Source of the DNA: a virus
Taxonomy: Duplodnaviria; Caudoviricetes
IMG/VR virus record: IMGVR_UViG_3300031248_000009
Location: 1 to 26,769 of that record
Strand: one strand, 5' to 3'
DNA length: 26,769 nucleotides
The stretch's first letter is position 1; the number at the start of each line of letters is the position of its first letter. The position numbers were made by a program, and so were the translations under genes. Shown piece after piece: positions 1 to 8,557 of this stretch. The notes under the pieces are model-generated. The model did no database searches. It was not told the DNA's origin and worked only from the letters and a program-made list of their open reading frames with translations.

Positions 1-643
1 CGGCCTTGTCCGCACCGAGAAGTGCCGCCCCTTCGCCCTTGAAGAGCGCCTCGGCCTGCATCATTGCCGACGAGCGATCCGTGAGCGCGAGACGCTGGTA
101 GCCTTCGACGGCGCTCTGGAAAGCATCAATCCGATCTTTCCGTGCGCTGTTGCGCAGCTCCTGCTGCAGCTTCGCGCGCGCGTGGCCGTCGTACAGGATC
201 AGGTTGTCCGCGAGCGTCGCCTGGCTCGCGGGGTCGAGCGGATCGAGATGTGTCTTGCGCAGCTTTCCAAGCGCGGCGTCGAGTTCCTTCGGAGCATCCT
301 CGCGCTTCAGTTGCCCTTCGGTGAGGCGGTTGCCGATGTCGGAAGCGAGGTTGTCGGACTCGACCCGGTAGGTCGCGAACGCAGCCACTGCACGGTTCCT
401 GCGCGCTTGCTCTTCATCGTGCTTTCGCTGGGCCTCGGCCTGCAGCGCAAGGCGCTTCGCCTCGTGCTCGGCTTCCTTGGCGGCTTGGCGCTCGCCCGCG
501 AGCAGATGGCCGGCAGCAGCGGTCGCTGAATCCGCGAGCCCGCCTTCCGGTGTGACGAACGCTTCCCGCATCCCGCGGCGCTGGTTGAACGGAACGGGCG
601 GCGCAATCGCAGCCCCGAAGTCCCCGAGTCGGATTCGCGCCAT
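1..643 (-). CDS. Putative internal virion/ejection protein, truncated at the window edge
   Basis: Not in the ORF track. My translation from ATG 643-641 (TAATG overlap with the upstream stop) gives MARIRLGDFGAAIAPPVPFNQRRG... and stays open to base 1. Ala/Glu/Gln-rich and helical; position after tail tube B, GNAT and a small ejection protein. Confidence 0.7.
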   Translation of the reverse strand, partial: MARIRLGDFGAAIAPPVPFNQRRGMREAFVTPEGGLADSATAAAGHLLAGERQAAKEAEHEAKRLALQAEAQRKHDEEQARRNRAVAAFATYRVESDNLASDIGNRLTEGQLKREDAPKELDAALGKLRKTHLDPLDPASQATLADNLILYDGHARAKLQQELRNSARKDRIDAFQSAVEGYQRLALTDRSSAMMQAEALFKGEGAALLGADKA

Positions 644-1155
644 TAGCCGATCCTGATCACGCGGTCTTCAACCGGAGCCGGCGCCTGTTCGGCGCGCACG
701 GTCTTCCAGCCAGGCCCCATCAGATTCGCGCCGCCGCGAAGCACCGAGCCGATCGCGCCACGGTACCCGCCGGCTTCGGCACGATCTCCTGCGATGCGCT
801 GAGAGGCCGCCTCCTGCTCCAGGCGCGTGCCCTTCCTAGTTCCGTAGAGAATCTGCTGCAGCGCGTCTTCCTCAGCCCTTCGGTCGATCTCCTGGTAGAT
901 TCGCACCGGTGTTCCTGAATCGACTTCGACCCCGCCCGCAGCGAGCGCCGCTCGTGCCTCCGATTGCTGAGAGCGACCCGCTCGGCGCGTCTTATCGGCC
1001 TGGATCTGGCCCAGTTCGCGTTCGGCCTGTGCATCGGCTTCTGCCTGCTGCGCCTGCCACTCGTTGAAGCGCTTTTGCTGCTGGCCTTGGCTGATCTGGG
1101 ACACTGCGCTGAAGGCTGTGGACGCGATCATGAAAATTTCGACACCTGTGCACAT
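643..1155 (-). CDS. Small internal virion/ejection protein (T7 gp14-like position), 170 aa
   Basis: Start re-placed at ATG 1155 (TGATG coupling to the GNAT stop). MCTGVEIFMIASTAFSAVSQ hydrophobic N-terminus, then a Gln/Ala-rich coiled coil and a AAGGVEVDSGTP motif typical of podovirus ejection proteins. Confidence 0.7.
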   Translation of the reverse strand: MCTGVEIFMIASTAFSAVSQISQGQQQKRFNEWQAQQAEADAQAERELGQIQADKTRRAGRSQQSEARAALAAGGVEVDSGTPVRIYQEIDRRAEEDALQQILYGTRKGTRLEQEAASQRIAGDRAEAGGYRGAIGSVLRGGANLMGPGWKTVRAEQAPAPVEDRVIRIG

Positions 1156-1613
1156 CAGAACGCCTCCAGTTCGTAGATGCCGCCGACGCACTTGAACCCA
1201 AGCGATTCGTACAGCCGCCCGGTCTGCTCGGGGTGAATGCCGGTCGAGACGCCGATCTGCACGTCGCGGGGTTTCAGGCCCTTCGCCTGGCACCAGTCCA
1301 GCGCCTCGCGGATCAGCCGGTAGGCGGTCAGCCCGCCGCGGGTATCGGGCCGCACGAAAAGCGCGAGATCCGTAAAGATAAGGTCCGGCGAGTACCAGCG
1401 CTCGGTGAGAACGCCGGCAAAGCCCCCGTCGATCGCACCCTCCGTCCCCTCGTGGACGATCACCACCCCGGAGCGCATCGCGTGCTCCAGGACTCGACGC
1501 ACTTTGTCCCCGTCAAAATGCGTGTAATGCATTCTGGGAGCTTCGGCGTGCATGACCCTACCCAGGGCCACAAGCGCGGGGAGGTCGGCTGGGAGAGCGT
1601 GTCTGGGCTTCAT
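1155..1613 (-). CDS. GNAT-family acetyltransferase-like protein
   Basis: RHALPADLPALVAL start, LFVRPDTRGG acetyl-CoA motif A and LYESLGFK motif B; usual slot between tail tube B and ejection proteins. Confidence 0.85.
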   Translation of the reverse strand: MKPRHALPADLPALVALGRVMHAEAPRMHYTHFDGDKVRRVLEHAMRSGVVIVHEGTEGAIDGGFAGVLTERWYSPDLIFTDLALFVRPDTRGGLTAYRLIREALDWCQAKGLKPRDVQIGVSTGIHPEQTGRLYESLGFKCVGGIYELEAF

Positions 1614-1616
1614 GGT

Positions 1617-4265
1617 CTAGCCGTCGTTGACCGTCAACCGGGTGATCACCGCGAGCACCTGCATGGGGAGAGGCTGGTCTTGCGTGATCGTGACTGAGCC
1701 GTCCGAGTCCCCTCCCCCGGCCCGGCCCCAGCCGAGGTTCTCGATCCGCTTGTCGCCGGTGAATTCCGGCACGGGTTGATCGAGCACGGGGCCAGATCCA
1801 AAGGAGCGCGTTGGGATCGGCTGGCCGTTCACCGTCCCGCCCTTCGTTTCATGGAAGCGGACGATGATCTCGTGGATCGAAATAGCGTTACCCTGTGCAG
1901 TCCCCTGTCCGGTCCCGAGTTCCGGCGGAAGCGTCTCGATCACAGAGTCGTAATGCAGGCCGATCTCGACCGAGTAGGCGGCCCGCGATAGCGTCACCGC
2001 GCCGGCCGACACGGTCTTTTGTGCGGAGACGTTTCCGTCCGCGACGATGTCAACGGTTTCGCCCTCCAGGTGCATGAGCCCAGACCAGGCGGTCGTCGCC
2101 TTGGCGGCCGTACCGACTACCGTCGTCGCTCCTGGATCAGCGGCGAGCGCAAACGTGTAGGTGTTCGTCCCCGTGTTCGTGATCTCCCACTCGCCGTTGT
2201 AGGCGGCCGGCGCAAAGTCCGAGAGCCTGATCGTGTTGCCCGTCGAGTACCCGTGCCCGGTCTGAGTCACCGTCACCACGCCAGCGGACCAGGTGGCCGA
2301 AGTGACCGCGCTCTCCGTCACGTCCCCGGTGATGCAGGCATCCGTCTGACAGCCATCTTCGATGTGCTCGATGTAGCGCACTGTTTCCCCGTTGATCGTG
2401 CGCACGACCACCGCCCAGAGCTGGTCCGCGTCGTTGTAGGGCATGACGGCCACGCTCTCGAAGACGCCGTCCGTGTTGTGCCTGGCGAAGCCGACGACAT
2501 CCTGGTCGCGGTCGATCGACATGGACACGAGGTAGCCGTCCGCGCGGACCATCCACACCACCTGATCTGGTTCCTGCTGGAACGCAAGTTCGAGGATCCC
2601 GTCGCCAGTGATGTGTTCGGAGAGGATCGACACGTCGGGCGCATTGAAGGCGTCCGATTCGACCCGGTAGCCCAGGGCCCTGATCTTCTTTCCGCCGCGC
2701 TGCACGAAGATGATCTCGTTCGCAACCCGCACGGGACGCGCCACGTCGCAGCCATAGACCGTCTGCAGCCTAGCCTGTACGTTCGTCGGCGTGATCGGCT
2801 TTTCAACACCGCCTGCCATTGAGAACTCGCCGCCGTACGTGAGCGGAAGGAGAATCCGAGTCGAGGCCAGGTGCTCGATCGGGTTCACCTGGTCGGAGGC
2901 AAGCGCGAACGCAAAGCCGTCCGAGTCGTCCACGCCGTCCGCGAAGTTGAAATACTCGCCGGATCGCGATCCCCAGACTTCGTTCGGATAGCCGGGTGAT
3001 CCGCCCGCCACGAGGCGCTGCTCGTAGAGCGTCACCGCCCGCGGATACCCGTCGATCGAGTTCCACTGCACCTGGCGCAGTGCCCACGAACCCGAAGGGG
3101 CCGCCGTGGTCGCCGCGAGCACCGTGCGGATAGTCCCGGAAACAATCGTCGTGCTGGTGTAGCCCGTGATCTCGACCAAGCCACCATTGATCTCGACGTA
3201 ACTCCCGACGTGAACATTGGCCGCCAAGTTCTTCCATCCAGCCGCGCCCAGCGTCAGGGTGACGGATGCGCCCTCGGGGTCTTTCGCACTCGGCGTGCAG
3301 GTGGTCTTCGGGCTCTCGGTGATCTTCCACGAGCCGGAGGCGATCGGCCCGGTCGATGCGAACGCATCTGCAGCAGCGATATTGACCGTCACCACCGTGG
3401 ACGACGTGTAACCGGTGATCTGCCCGCGGCCGGCGCCGGATTCGAGGTAGCGGCCCACGTCCGAAGCCTCGAAGGAAGCTGCGCCAGCGGTCGCAGTCAC
3501 CGCGGCCCCTGAGGTAGCCGACAGCGACAGCGTCGTCGTCGGACGCTCGCCGATCTCGTCGTTCGGCGGCACTTCCCACGTCACCGTCGAGAGTTTCCAA
3601 TTGGTGTTTCCGTAGCGCACGAGCTTTCGCATTGGGTAGCTCGTGTGCGACAAAAACATCGTGTCCGCGCCCTGGACGTAGTGCAGATCGTCAAGCTCGG
3701 TGTCGTCCCACGGTGAAGCGATCTCGTAGATTTCGGCGACCGTGCCGCCGGAGGCGTACGTCGTGTACCCGGCGCTATTCACGCCCGAAAGTTCGAACGT
3801 GTTCGCCCCGGTGTTCACGTTCGCGACGGTGAACTCGCGGTTGTTGACCTCCGTCATCCCGAGCACGTTCTGGATGATCACGCGGTCGCCGTTCGCGAAG
3901 GTGTCCGCCCCGGAGTAGGTGACTACCGCAGGGTTCGCTTTCGTGATGTTCGTAATCGCCTGCGCGGTGAGCGTGACGATCCCGGTGCCCGTGTTGAACC
4001 GGATGTAGGTCTCGCCGAACTCGAGCATGAACGCCTGGTCGCGGCTGAAGATGAAGGGCACCAGACGAGTCTGCTTCGTGGCGTTCTTCGCGCGCGCGGA
4101 GAATTTCAACCCGAAGCGGCGCTTCGCCCCCCCGTGCACGAGCGGGTAGGCGTTCAGCAACGTCCTCGCCCCGTTCGCGTAGCGCGCGACATCCACGCGA
4201 CCGAGCAGCCGAGGGGAAAGCTCCCCGGCCGTGAAGTTCGTTTTGATCACGCTCACGCGCGGCAT
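1617..4265 (-). CDS. Tail tubular protein B / nozzle (T7 gp12-like), 882 aa
   Basis: TNFTAGELSPRLLGRVD N-terminus, GGAKRRFG, YVQGADTMF, GYPRAVTLYEQRL, HLEGETVDIVADG, QDQPLPMQVLA C-terminus; follows tube A. Confidence 0.9.
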   Translation of the reverse strand: MPRVSVIKTNFTAGELSPRLLGRVDVARYANGARTLLNAYPLVHGGAKRRFGLKFSARAKNATKQTRLVPFIFSRDQAFMLEFGETYIRFNTGTGIVTLTAQAITNITKANPAVVTYSGADTFANGDRVIIQNVLGMTEVNNREFTVANVNTGANTFELSGVNSAGYTTYASGGTVAEIYEIASPWDDTELDDLHYVQGADTMFLSHTSYPMRKLVRYGNTNWKLSTVTWEVPPNDEIGERPTTTLSLSATSGAAVTATAGAASFEASDVGRYLESGAGRGQITGYTSSTVVTVNIAAADAFASTGPIASGSWKITESPKTTCTPSAKDPEGASVTLTLGAAGWKNLAANVHVGSYVEINGGLVEITGYTSTTIVSGTIRTVLAATTAAPSGSWALRQVQWNSIDGYPRAVTLYEQRLVAGGSPGYPNEVWGSRSGEYFNFADGVDDSDGFAFALASDQVNPIEHLASTRILLPLTYGGEFSMAGGVEKPITPTNVQARLQTVYGCDVARPVRVANEIIFVQRGGKKIRALGYRVESDAFNAPDVSILSEHITGDGILELAFQQEPDQVVWMVRADGYLVSMSIDRDQDVVGFARHNTDGVFESVAVMPYNDADQLWAVVVRTINGETVRYIEHIEDGCQTDACITGDVTESAVTSATWSAGVVTVTQTGHGYSTGNTIRLSDFAPAAYNGEWEITNTGTNTYTFALAADPGATTVVGTAAKATTAWSGLMHLEGETVDIVADGNVSAQKTVSAGAVTLSRAAYSVEIGLHYDSVIETLPPELGTGQGTAQGNAISIHEIIVRFHETKGGTVNGQPIPTRSFGSGPVLDQPVPEFTGDKRIENLGWGRAGGGDSDGSVTITQDQPLPMQVLAVITRLTVNDG

Positions 4266-4268
4266 GGT

Positions 4269-4838
4269 CTAGCCTCGCCGGGCATTGAGCAGTGGAAAGT
4301 CTCCCAGCGTGTCCGGCGGGTTTTCCATGCCGTCCACCGAACGCGCCTCGCGCAATTTCAGCTTCCAGAGGTTCGCCATCGCATCGAACATCGACGCGGA
4401 CTTCGTGATCGGATACGCGCAAGTCATCGCGATGTAGGCTTCCGCGGCCTGCACGAGCAGCGCGTCCCAACTCGGGATGTCGGCGTTGCGGTAGACGTAG
4501 CGCAGCTTCAAGGCCGATTCGTCGAAGAGGATCTTGCGGCCCTCGATCGCATACTCCGGGTTCTCGCCTTCCTCGCCGATCGTGAGCACGCGCAGACAGT
4601 CCCCCGGCAGCGAGAACTGATACGCCCACTCGAAAGCAGGGGCCGCTGCGTCCGGGGCGAGCTGCACGCGCTTGACCGCGCAATTCCACGGGTGCGCCCG
4701 CAGCACCGCGTCGAGCGTGTTCGGCCAGAGGTTCGCTACCAGAGTAGCGCGGTCTGATGAATCGCTGAACGAGTTGATGGTCTGCGCCCCCAGAAGGAGG
4801 AGCGCATTACTGCAGATTTGCACTTCACTGGTTGCCAT
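4269..4838 (-). CDS. Tail tubular protein A / adaptor (T7 gp11-like)
   Basis: SEVQICSNALLLLGA, HPWNCAVKR and YQFSLPGDCLRV motifs; synteny. Confidence 0.9.
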   Translation of the reverse strand: MATSEVQICSNALLLLGAQTINSFSDSSDRATLVANLWPNTLDAVLRAHPWNCAVKRVQLAPDAAAPAFEWAYQFSLPGDCLRVLTIGEEGENPEYAIEGRKILFDESALKLRYVYRNADIPSWDALLVQAAEAYIAMTCAYPITKSASMFDAMANLWKLKLREARSVDGMENPPDTLGDFPLLNARRG

Positions 4839-4923
4839 TGCGGCTCGTCGATTCGAGCCGTCCGGGAAGCGTGTTCACGCTAGGAGGAGCGAGGCCGTCC
4901 GCCTCCCGGAGGCCCGAAGCCGA

Positions 4924-5430
4924 TCAGCTACCGTCAACGTATGTAATACGCCCGGCGATCGTCCCCGCCGCATCGCCAGCCGTAGTCGCGGTGAGCGCGA
5001 TGTCGTACCAGCGCTTTGAATCGGCCGTCAGTCCAATGCGCTCCCACAGCGGCTGCTCGATCTTGTCGATCTCGGTGGCCACCGCTTCGTAGGTGACATC
5101 GGTCATAACGGTAGCGCCCACCAACGACACGGCGGATGCAAACTCGTCGGCATCCACTACCGCGCCGCCGTTTTCCGCCGTCTGGTACACGCCGACCTCA
5201 TAGGCTGCGGCCGTTCCAAGGGCGTCGGAGCCGATCTCGATTTTCTCGATTCTCCATCCAGACCACACGCGAAACAGGCGAAAGACGCTCGCGTTGTCGT
5301 CGGCCACAGCGACTTCGACCTTCGCAACCTGCGAGCGCAGGCGCCCGTGACTGACGTACGCCGGAGTCAGATCGACCGGAGCCGCGTCGGCGTTAGTGAC
5401 AATCGTGGACTTCGTGTTGACTACAGCCAT
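4924..5430 (-). CDS. Putative capsid decoration/virion protein
   Basis: 168 aa, beta-rich, directly after the major capsid gene; SD AAAGGAG upstream (plus strand ctccttt at about 5438-5444). Function inferred from position. Confidence 0.6.
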   Translation of the reverse strand: MAVVNTKSTIVTNADAAPVDLTPAYVSHGRLRSQVAKVEVAVADDNASVFRLFRVWSGWRIEKIEIGSDALGTAAAYEVGVYQTAENGGAVVDADEFASAVSLVGATVMTDVTYEAVATEIDKIEQPLWERIGLTADSKRWYDIALTATTAGDAAGTIAGRITYVDGS

Positions 5431-5470
5431 TGTGGTACTCCTTTCAAAGTGGGCCTCATACCCAGCCCGG

Positions 5471-5495
5471 AAAATGCGGGGCGGTTAAGCCCCGC
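5471..5495 (-). terminator. Probable intrinsic terminator after the major capsid gene
   Basis: Minus strand GCGGGGC-TTAACC-GCCCCGC followed by ATTTT; the short U tract suggests partial read-through. Confidence 0.7.
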
Positions 5496-5520
5496 GGTTC
5501 GTTACACCTTCACGTCAAGA

Positions 5521-6384
5521 TCAGTTGCACGCGATCTCGACGACCTTCGCCTCTTCGACCCGGACTGCGCCGATCGACATGCGCGCATAAGGCTGCATCG
5601 CGTAGCTCTTGTCGGGGCGTTCCGTCAGCCGCGTCATGATCTCGGCGCCGATTCCGAGCGCGACGCCAGACTTCGCCCAAGCGACGATGAAGTCGCTCGT
5701 GGCGTCGTTGTAGACGCGCTCGAATGGAATCGGCTTGAAGCCCACGAGGCGACGGCCGGCGGGCAGCGTTCCGTCCGCAAGCGACATCACGGTGTTGTAG
5801 TCGAGGTTCGTGATCGTCGTGTCGTTGAGCAGATCCTCCAACTGACCGGAAGCGATGACGAGCGACAGTTCTTCGCCGTTCTCCTCATCCGCTTCGTTCG
5901 AACGGAAGAGCTTCCGCGCGGTGACGAGCTTCGCCTTGGTGAGCGCAGCCGAGCCATGCGCGATCTTCTGCCCGGAAGGCAAGGCCGTCGTGCCCGAGGA
6001 TGTGCGAGCCGCACCGCGCATCGCGGCGTAGATCACATCGTCTTTCGAGCGGTTCATCGCCGCGACCCCGGCCTTCAGGTAGTCGCTCGAGGGCTCGGCG
6101 AGCATCTTCTTCTTGTCGAGTTCGTCGACCAGATCGGCCCACTCGTAGTCGTCCAGGTCGATCCACCGCGTGGAGTGCGGCGTCTCGATCAGGGGCGTGT
6201 CGCCGTGGCGCGTGGTCTTCTTCTGCGCCGAGGTCGAGCCGATGCGATTGATCTTCTTCGAATCGCCGACAATGCCCGGCTCGATCCGGACACGCGACTG
6301 GAGGCGCGATTCTTGCTGCTGCGCAAGATGGTAAAAGTTCGCGCTGAACTGCTGCACGAATGCTTCGGTGACTTGGAAACTCAT
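5521..6384 (-). CDS. Major capsid protein, 287 aa
   Basis: Start re-placed at ATG 6384 (SD GGAG 6397-6394). MSFQVTEAFVQQFSANF...QQQESRL, AAMNRSKDDVI, MSIGAVRVEEAKVVEIAC; follows the scaffold. Confidence 0.9.
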   Translation of the reverse strand: MSFQVTEAFVQQFSANFYHLAQQQESRLQSRVRIEPGIVGDSKKINRIGSTSAQKKTTRHGDTPLIETPHSTRWIDLDDYEWADLVDELDKKKMLAEPSSDYLKAGVAAMNRSKDDVIYAAMRGAARTSSGTTALPSGQKIAHGSAALTKAKLVTARKLFRSNEADEENGEELSLVIASGQLEDLLNDTTITNLDYNTVMSLADGTLPAGRRLVGFKPIPFERVYNDATSDFIVAWAKSGVALGIGAEIMTRLTERPDKSYAMQPYARMSIGAVRVEEAKVVEIACN

Positions 6385-6606
6385 GGCGGCTATCTCCGCA
6401 AAAAAGTTGAACATCAACCATTTGCGGGTTGTGCCGCCATTTAGCCGAGGACCTGACGATCCCCAGGGGCCGGCGGGCCCGTCTTACCGTGCGACGTGCT
6501 GTTTTACGCCCTGCGCTTCGCCTTCGGGCGGGGGACCGGTCTCCCGGTTGTGCCCCAGTGCTAGTGCCTCTGGCGCGCGGCCCCTACTACGGGTTGTGCG
6601 CGCGCC
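6383..6606 (-). promoter_or_regulatory. Structured 5' leader of the capsid gene with three ACAA-bulged hairpins
   Basis: Three GCACAACC copies (plus-strand GGTTGTGC at 6427-6434, 6546-6553, 6592-6599), each inside an inverted repeat; the last one pairs the capsid start codon. Confidence 0.65.
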
Positions 6607-6618
6607 TTGGGCGGGATT

Positions 6619-7593
6619 CTACGCCGCTTTTCGCTTTTGTGAAGCGGCCCGTGCTTCGTGGTGCCGCTGCACCTTCGCCACGGTCGCCTTGTGGCGTGGA
6701 TCTTCCTTGTTCCAATAGGGCGAGTCTTCCTTGCCCGGTGCCCCGCGCATGAGCTGGTCGAGCGACTCCGAATCGAGGATCGCATCGGGGTGCACGCCGG
6801 GATCTTCCTGCAGCTCGGCGCCGACTTTGGCGAGGATGCGGACCACCGCCGGGATGTTGCCGATCCGGTCGATTAGGTCCATGTCGTTCTGGTCCGCATA
6901 GGCCGAGAACGCCTGGTAGGCGAGCTTCACATGCCGCTGCAGCTCAGGCTCGGACTTGTAGTAGCCGAGCAGCTCGATCTTCGCCTTCTCGGTCGAGAAC
7001 GCCTGCGTTTGGTTCGCGAGCGAAGCCATGTGCTCGAAATACAGGTTCATCGCCCCTTCGTACTGCTTCTGGGTGAAACCGAGTTCGAGCGCCTTCGTGC
7101 GGAATGCCTTGTTGAGGCCCGGATCAAGGTCGATGCCGGCTTCCTTCATCTCCTTCGGAACCTCGAACTTGTAGGCGTCCGCCGTCTCAGGCGGCAGACC
7201 CACGTCGCGCATGCGCTGCTCAAGCGCCTGAGTAGACTTCGCCCAGGCGTCCACGTTGATCTCGCCTTTTTCCGCGTTCCAGTACTTCGCCGGGATGTTC
7301 TTGGGCCGGCGCGTATCCTTCTCGGCCGCCTGCAGCGCGCGCGCATCGGGCGAAAGGTTGTCGGTCCCTTGGCTGCCCTTCGTCGTGTCGTCACCACCAC
7401 CGCCAGCCGCGGTGTCCTGGCCGCCGCCTTTGCCGATGTCTTCGAGCAGCGTCTTGCCAGCGCCGCCCTTGTCAGCGCCCGCGACCGTATCTTGGTCTTT
7501 GCCGCCGGCTGTGGTGTCCGCTCCACCGCCTACCGCCGCTGTGTCGCCAGCCTCGACCTGATACCCGGTACCCAAGAGCTTCTCAATTCTCAT
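6619..7593 (-). CDS. Capsid scaffolding/assembly protein
   Basis: Low-complexity G/D/T N-terminus, PPETADAYKFEVP motif, ELGFTQKQYEG, PYWNKEDPRHKATVAKV C-terminus; directly upstream of the capsid gene. Confidence 0.8.
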   Translation of the reverse strand: MRIEKLLGTGYQVEAGDTAAVGGGADTTAGGKDQDTVAGADKGGAGKTLLEDIGKGGGQDTAAGGGGDDTTKGSQGTDNLSPDARALQAAEKDTRRPKNIPAKYWNAEKGEINVDAWAKSTQALEQRMRDVGLPPETADAYKFEVPKEMKEAGIDLDPGLNKAFRTKALELGFTQKQYEGAMNLYFEHMASLANQTQAFSTEKAKIELLGYYKSEPELQRHVKLAYQAFSAYADQNDMDLIDRIGNIPAVVRILAKVGAELQEDPGVHPDAILDSESLDQLMRGAPGKEDSPYWNKEDPRHKATVAKVQRHHEARAASQKRKAA

Positions 7594-7822
7594 CGCCGCC
7601 TCCTATTTGCTGGCCGATCCGGGCCAGGATGAACTCGATGACTTCCTTTTGCGCCGCCCTGCGTTCGGTCTCGCGTTGGCCCTCGACCCCGCCGGGCTTG
7701 TAGACGTGCCGGTCGTGAAAGCGCGCCGCCAGGTCTTCGAGCACGGCCTGCCCCGGTTTGAAGCCCTCGAAGGTGGCCACGTAGTCCTCTGGCGTCGCGA
7801 GCGGCTTCGCTTTCTCAGGCAT
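7583..7822 (-). CDS. Small Bbp19-like phage protein
   Basis: YVATFEGFKPGQAVLEDLAARF...AAQKEVIEFILARI pattern; this family normally sits between portal and scaffold. Confidence 0.7.
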   Translation of the reverse strand: MPEKAKPLATPEDYVATFEGFKPGQAVLEDLAARFHDRHVYKPGGVEGQRETERRAAQKEVIEFILARIGQQIGGGDEN

Positions 7823-8294
7823 GCGCGGCCACCATCACCTTTGGGACATACGGGTCGCCTTGGGCCTCGCGCACCACGATGTAGAGACACTTAACCAGCT
7901 CGTCCAGCCGGCAGAACCAGTTATCCCAGCGGTTTCCTGCTATTGAGCAATGCATGTAATGCGTTGTGAGCAGCCGCCCGGTCACGTCGCATACCTGGGT
8001 AGCCTCGACAGGCGCTTCGCCCAGGGCGCCATCGTAGAGCGACACGTCGCCCACGAAGAACTTGTCCGGTTCGAGCGCCTTGCGGTTCCTGATCGCCGGC
8101 CGGAACTTGGGGGTGAGCAGTTTGCCGGTGAGCTTGAGCATCACCATCTCGACGGCCTGCACCACGTCGAGCACGTCGTCGTAGACCACGTAGAAGATTT
8201 TCCCGTTCGCCTGGATCTCGCCGCGGCCGTGTGCCAGTCGCATCGATTCGATGATGCGGCGGTGCGCAATCTCCAGCGACGTGAGCGGCTCCAT
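7815..8294 (-). CDS. Hypothetical protein, 159 aa
   Basis: Start re-placed at ATG 8294 (TGATG coupling), MEPLTSLEIAHRRII...; protein-like composition, no recognised family. Confidence 0.6.
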   Translation of the reverse strand: MEPLTSLEIAHRRIIESMRLAHGRGEIQANGKIFYVVYDDVLDVVQAVEMVMLKLTGKLLTPKFRPAIRNRKALEPDKFFVGDVSLYDGALGEAPVEATQVCDVTGRLLTTHYMHCSIAGNRWDNWFCRLDELVKCLYIVVREAQGDPYVPKVMVAAHA

Positions 8295-8557
8295 CAGTGC
8301 ACTCTTGGCCTGACCGCTGCCCGCGCCTTTGTCGCTCGCTTCTTGAAGATCCGCAAAGCAATGAGTGCGTGCCGCTCGTCGCGCTTGGCGATCTGACGAA
8401 TGCGCCGAAGTTGCCGCCACTCGTGCGGCTCAAGGCGAATCGGGCTCTGGTCGTGGGAGAACGCTTTCGAGATGTCGGTGAGTTCGATGACGATTGCAGG
8501 GGGAGGCGGTGCCCCTGCCCCCGAGCCCTGCCACCAGCTGAAAAGCGCCGTGCTCAT
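8294..8557 (-). CDS. Hypothetical protein, 87 aa, basic C-terminus
   Basis: Coupled to both neighbours (ATGA and TGATG overlaps). Confidence 0.55.
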   Translation of the reverse strand: MSTALFSWWQGSGAGAPPPPAIVIELTDISKAFSHDQSPIRLEPHEWRQLRRIRQIAKRDERHALIALRIFKKRATKARAAVRPRVH

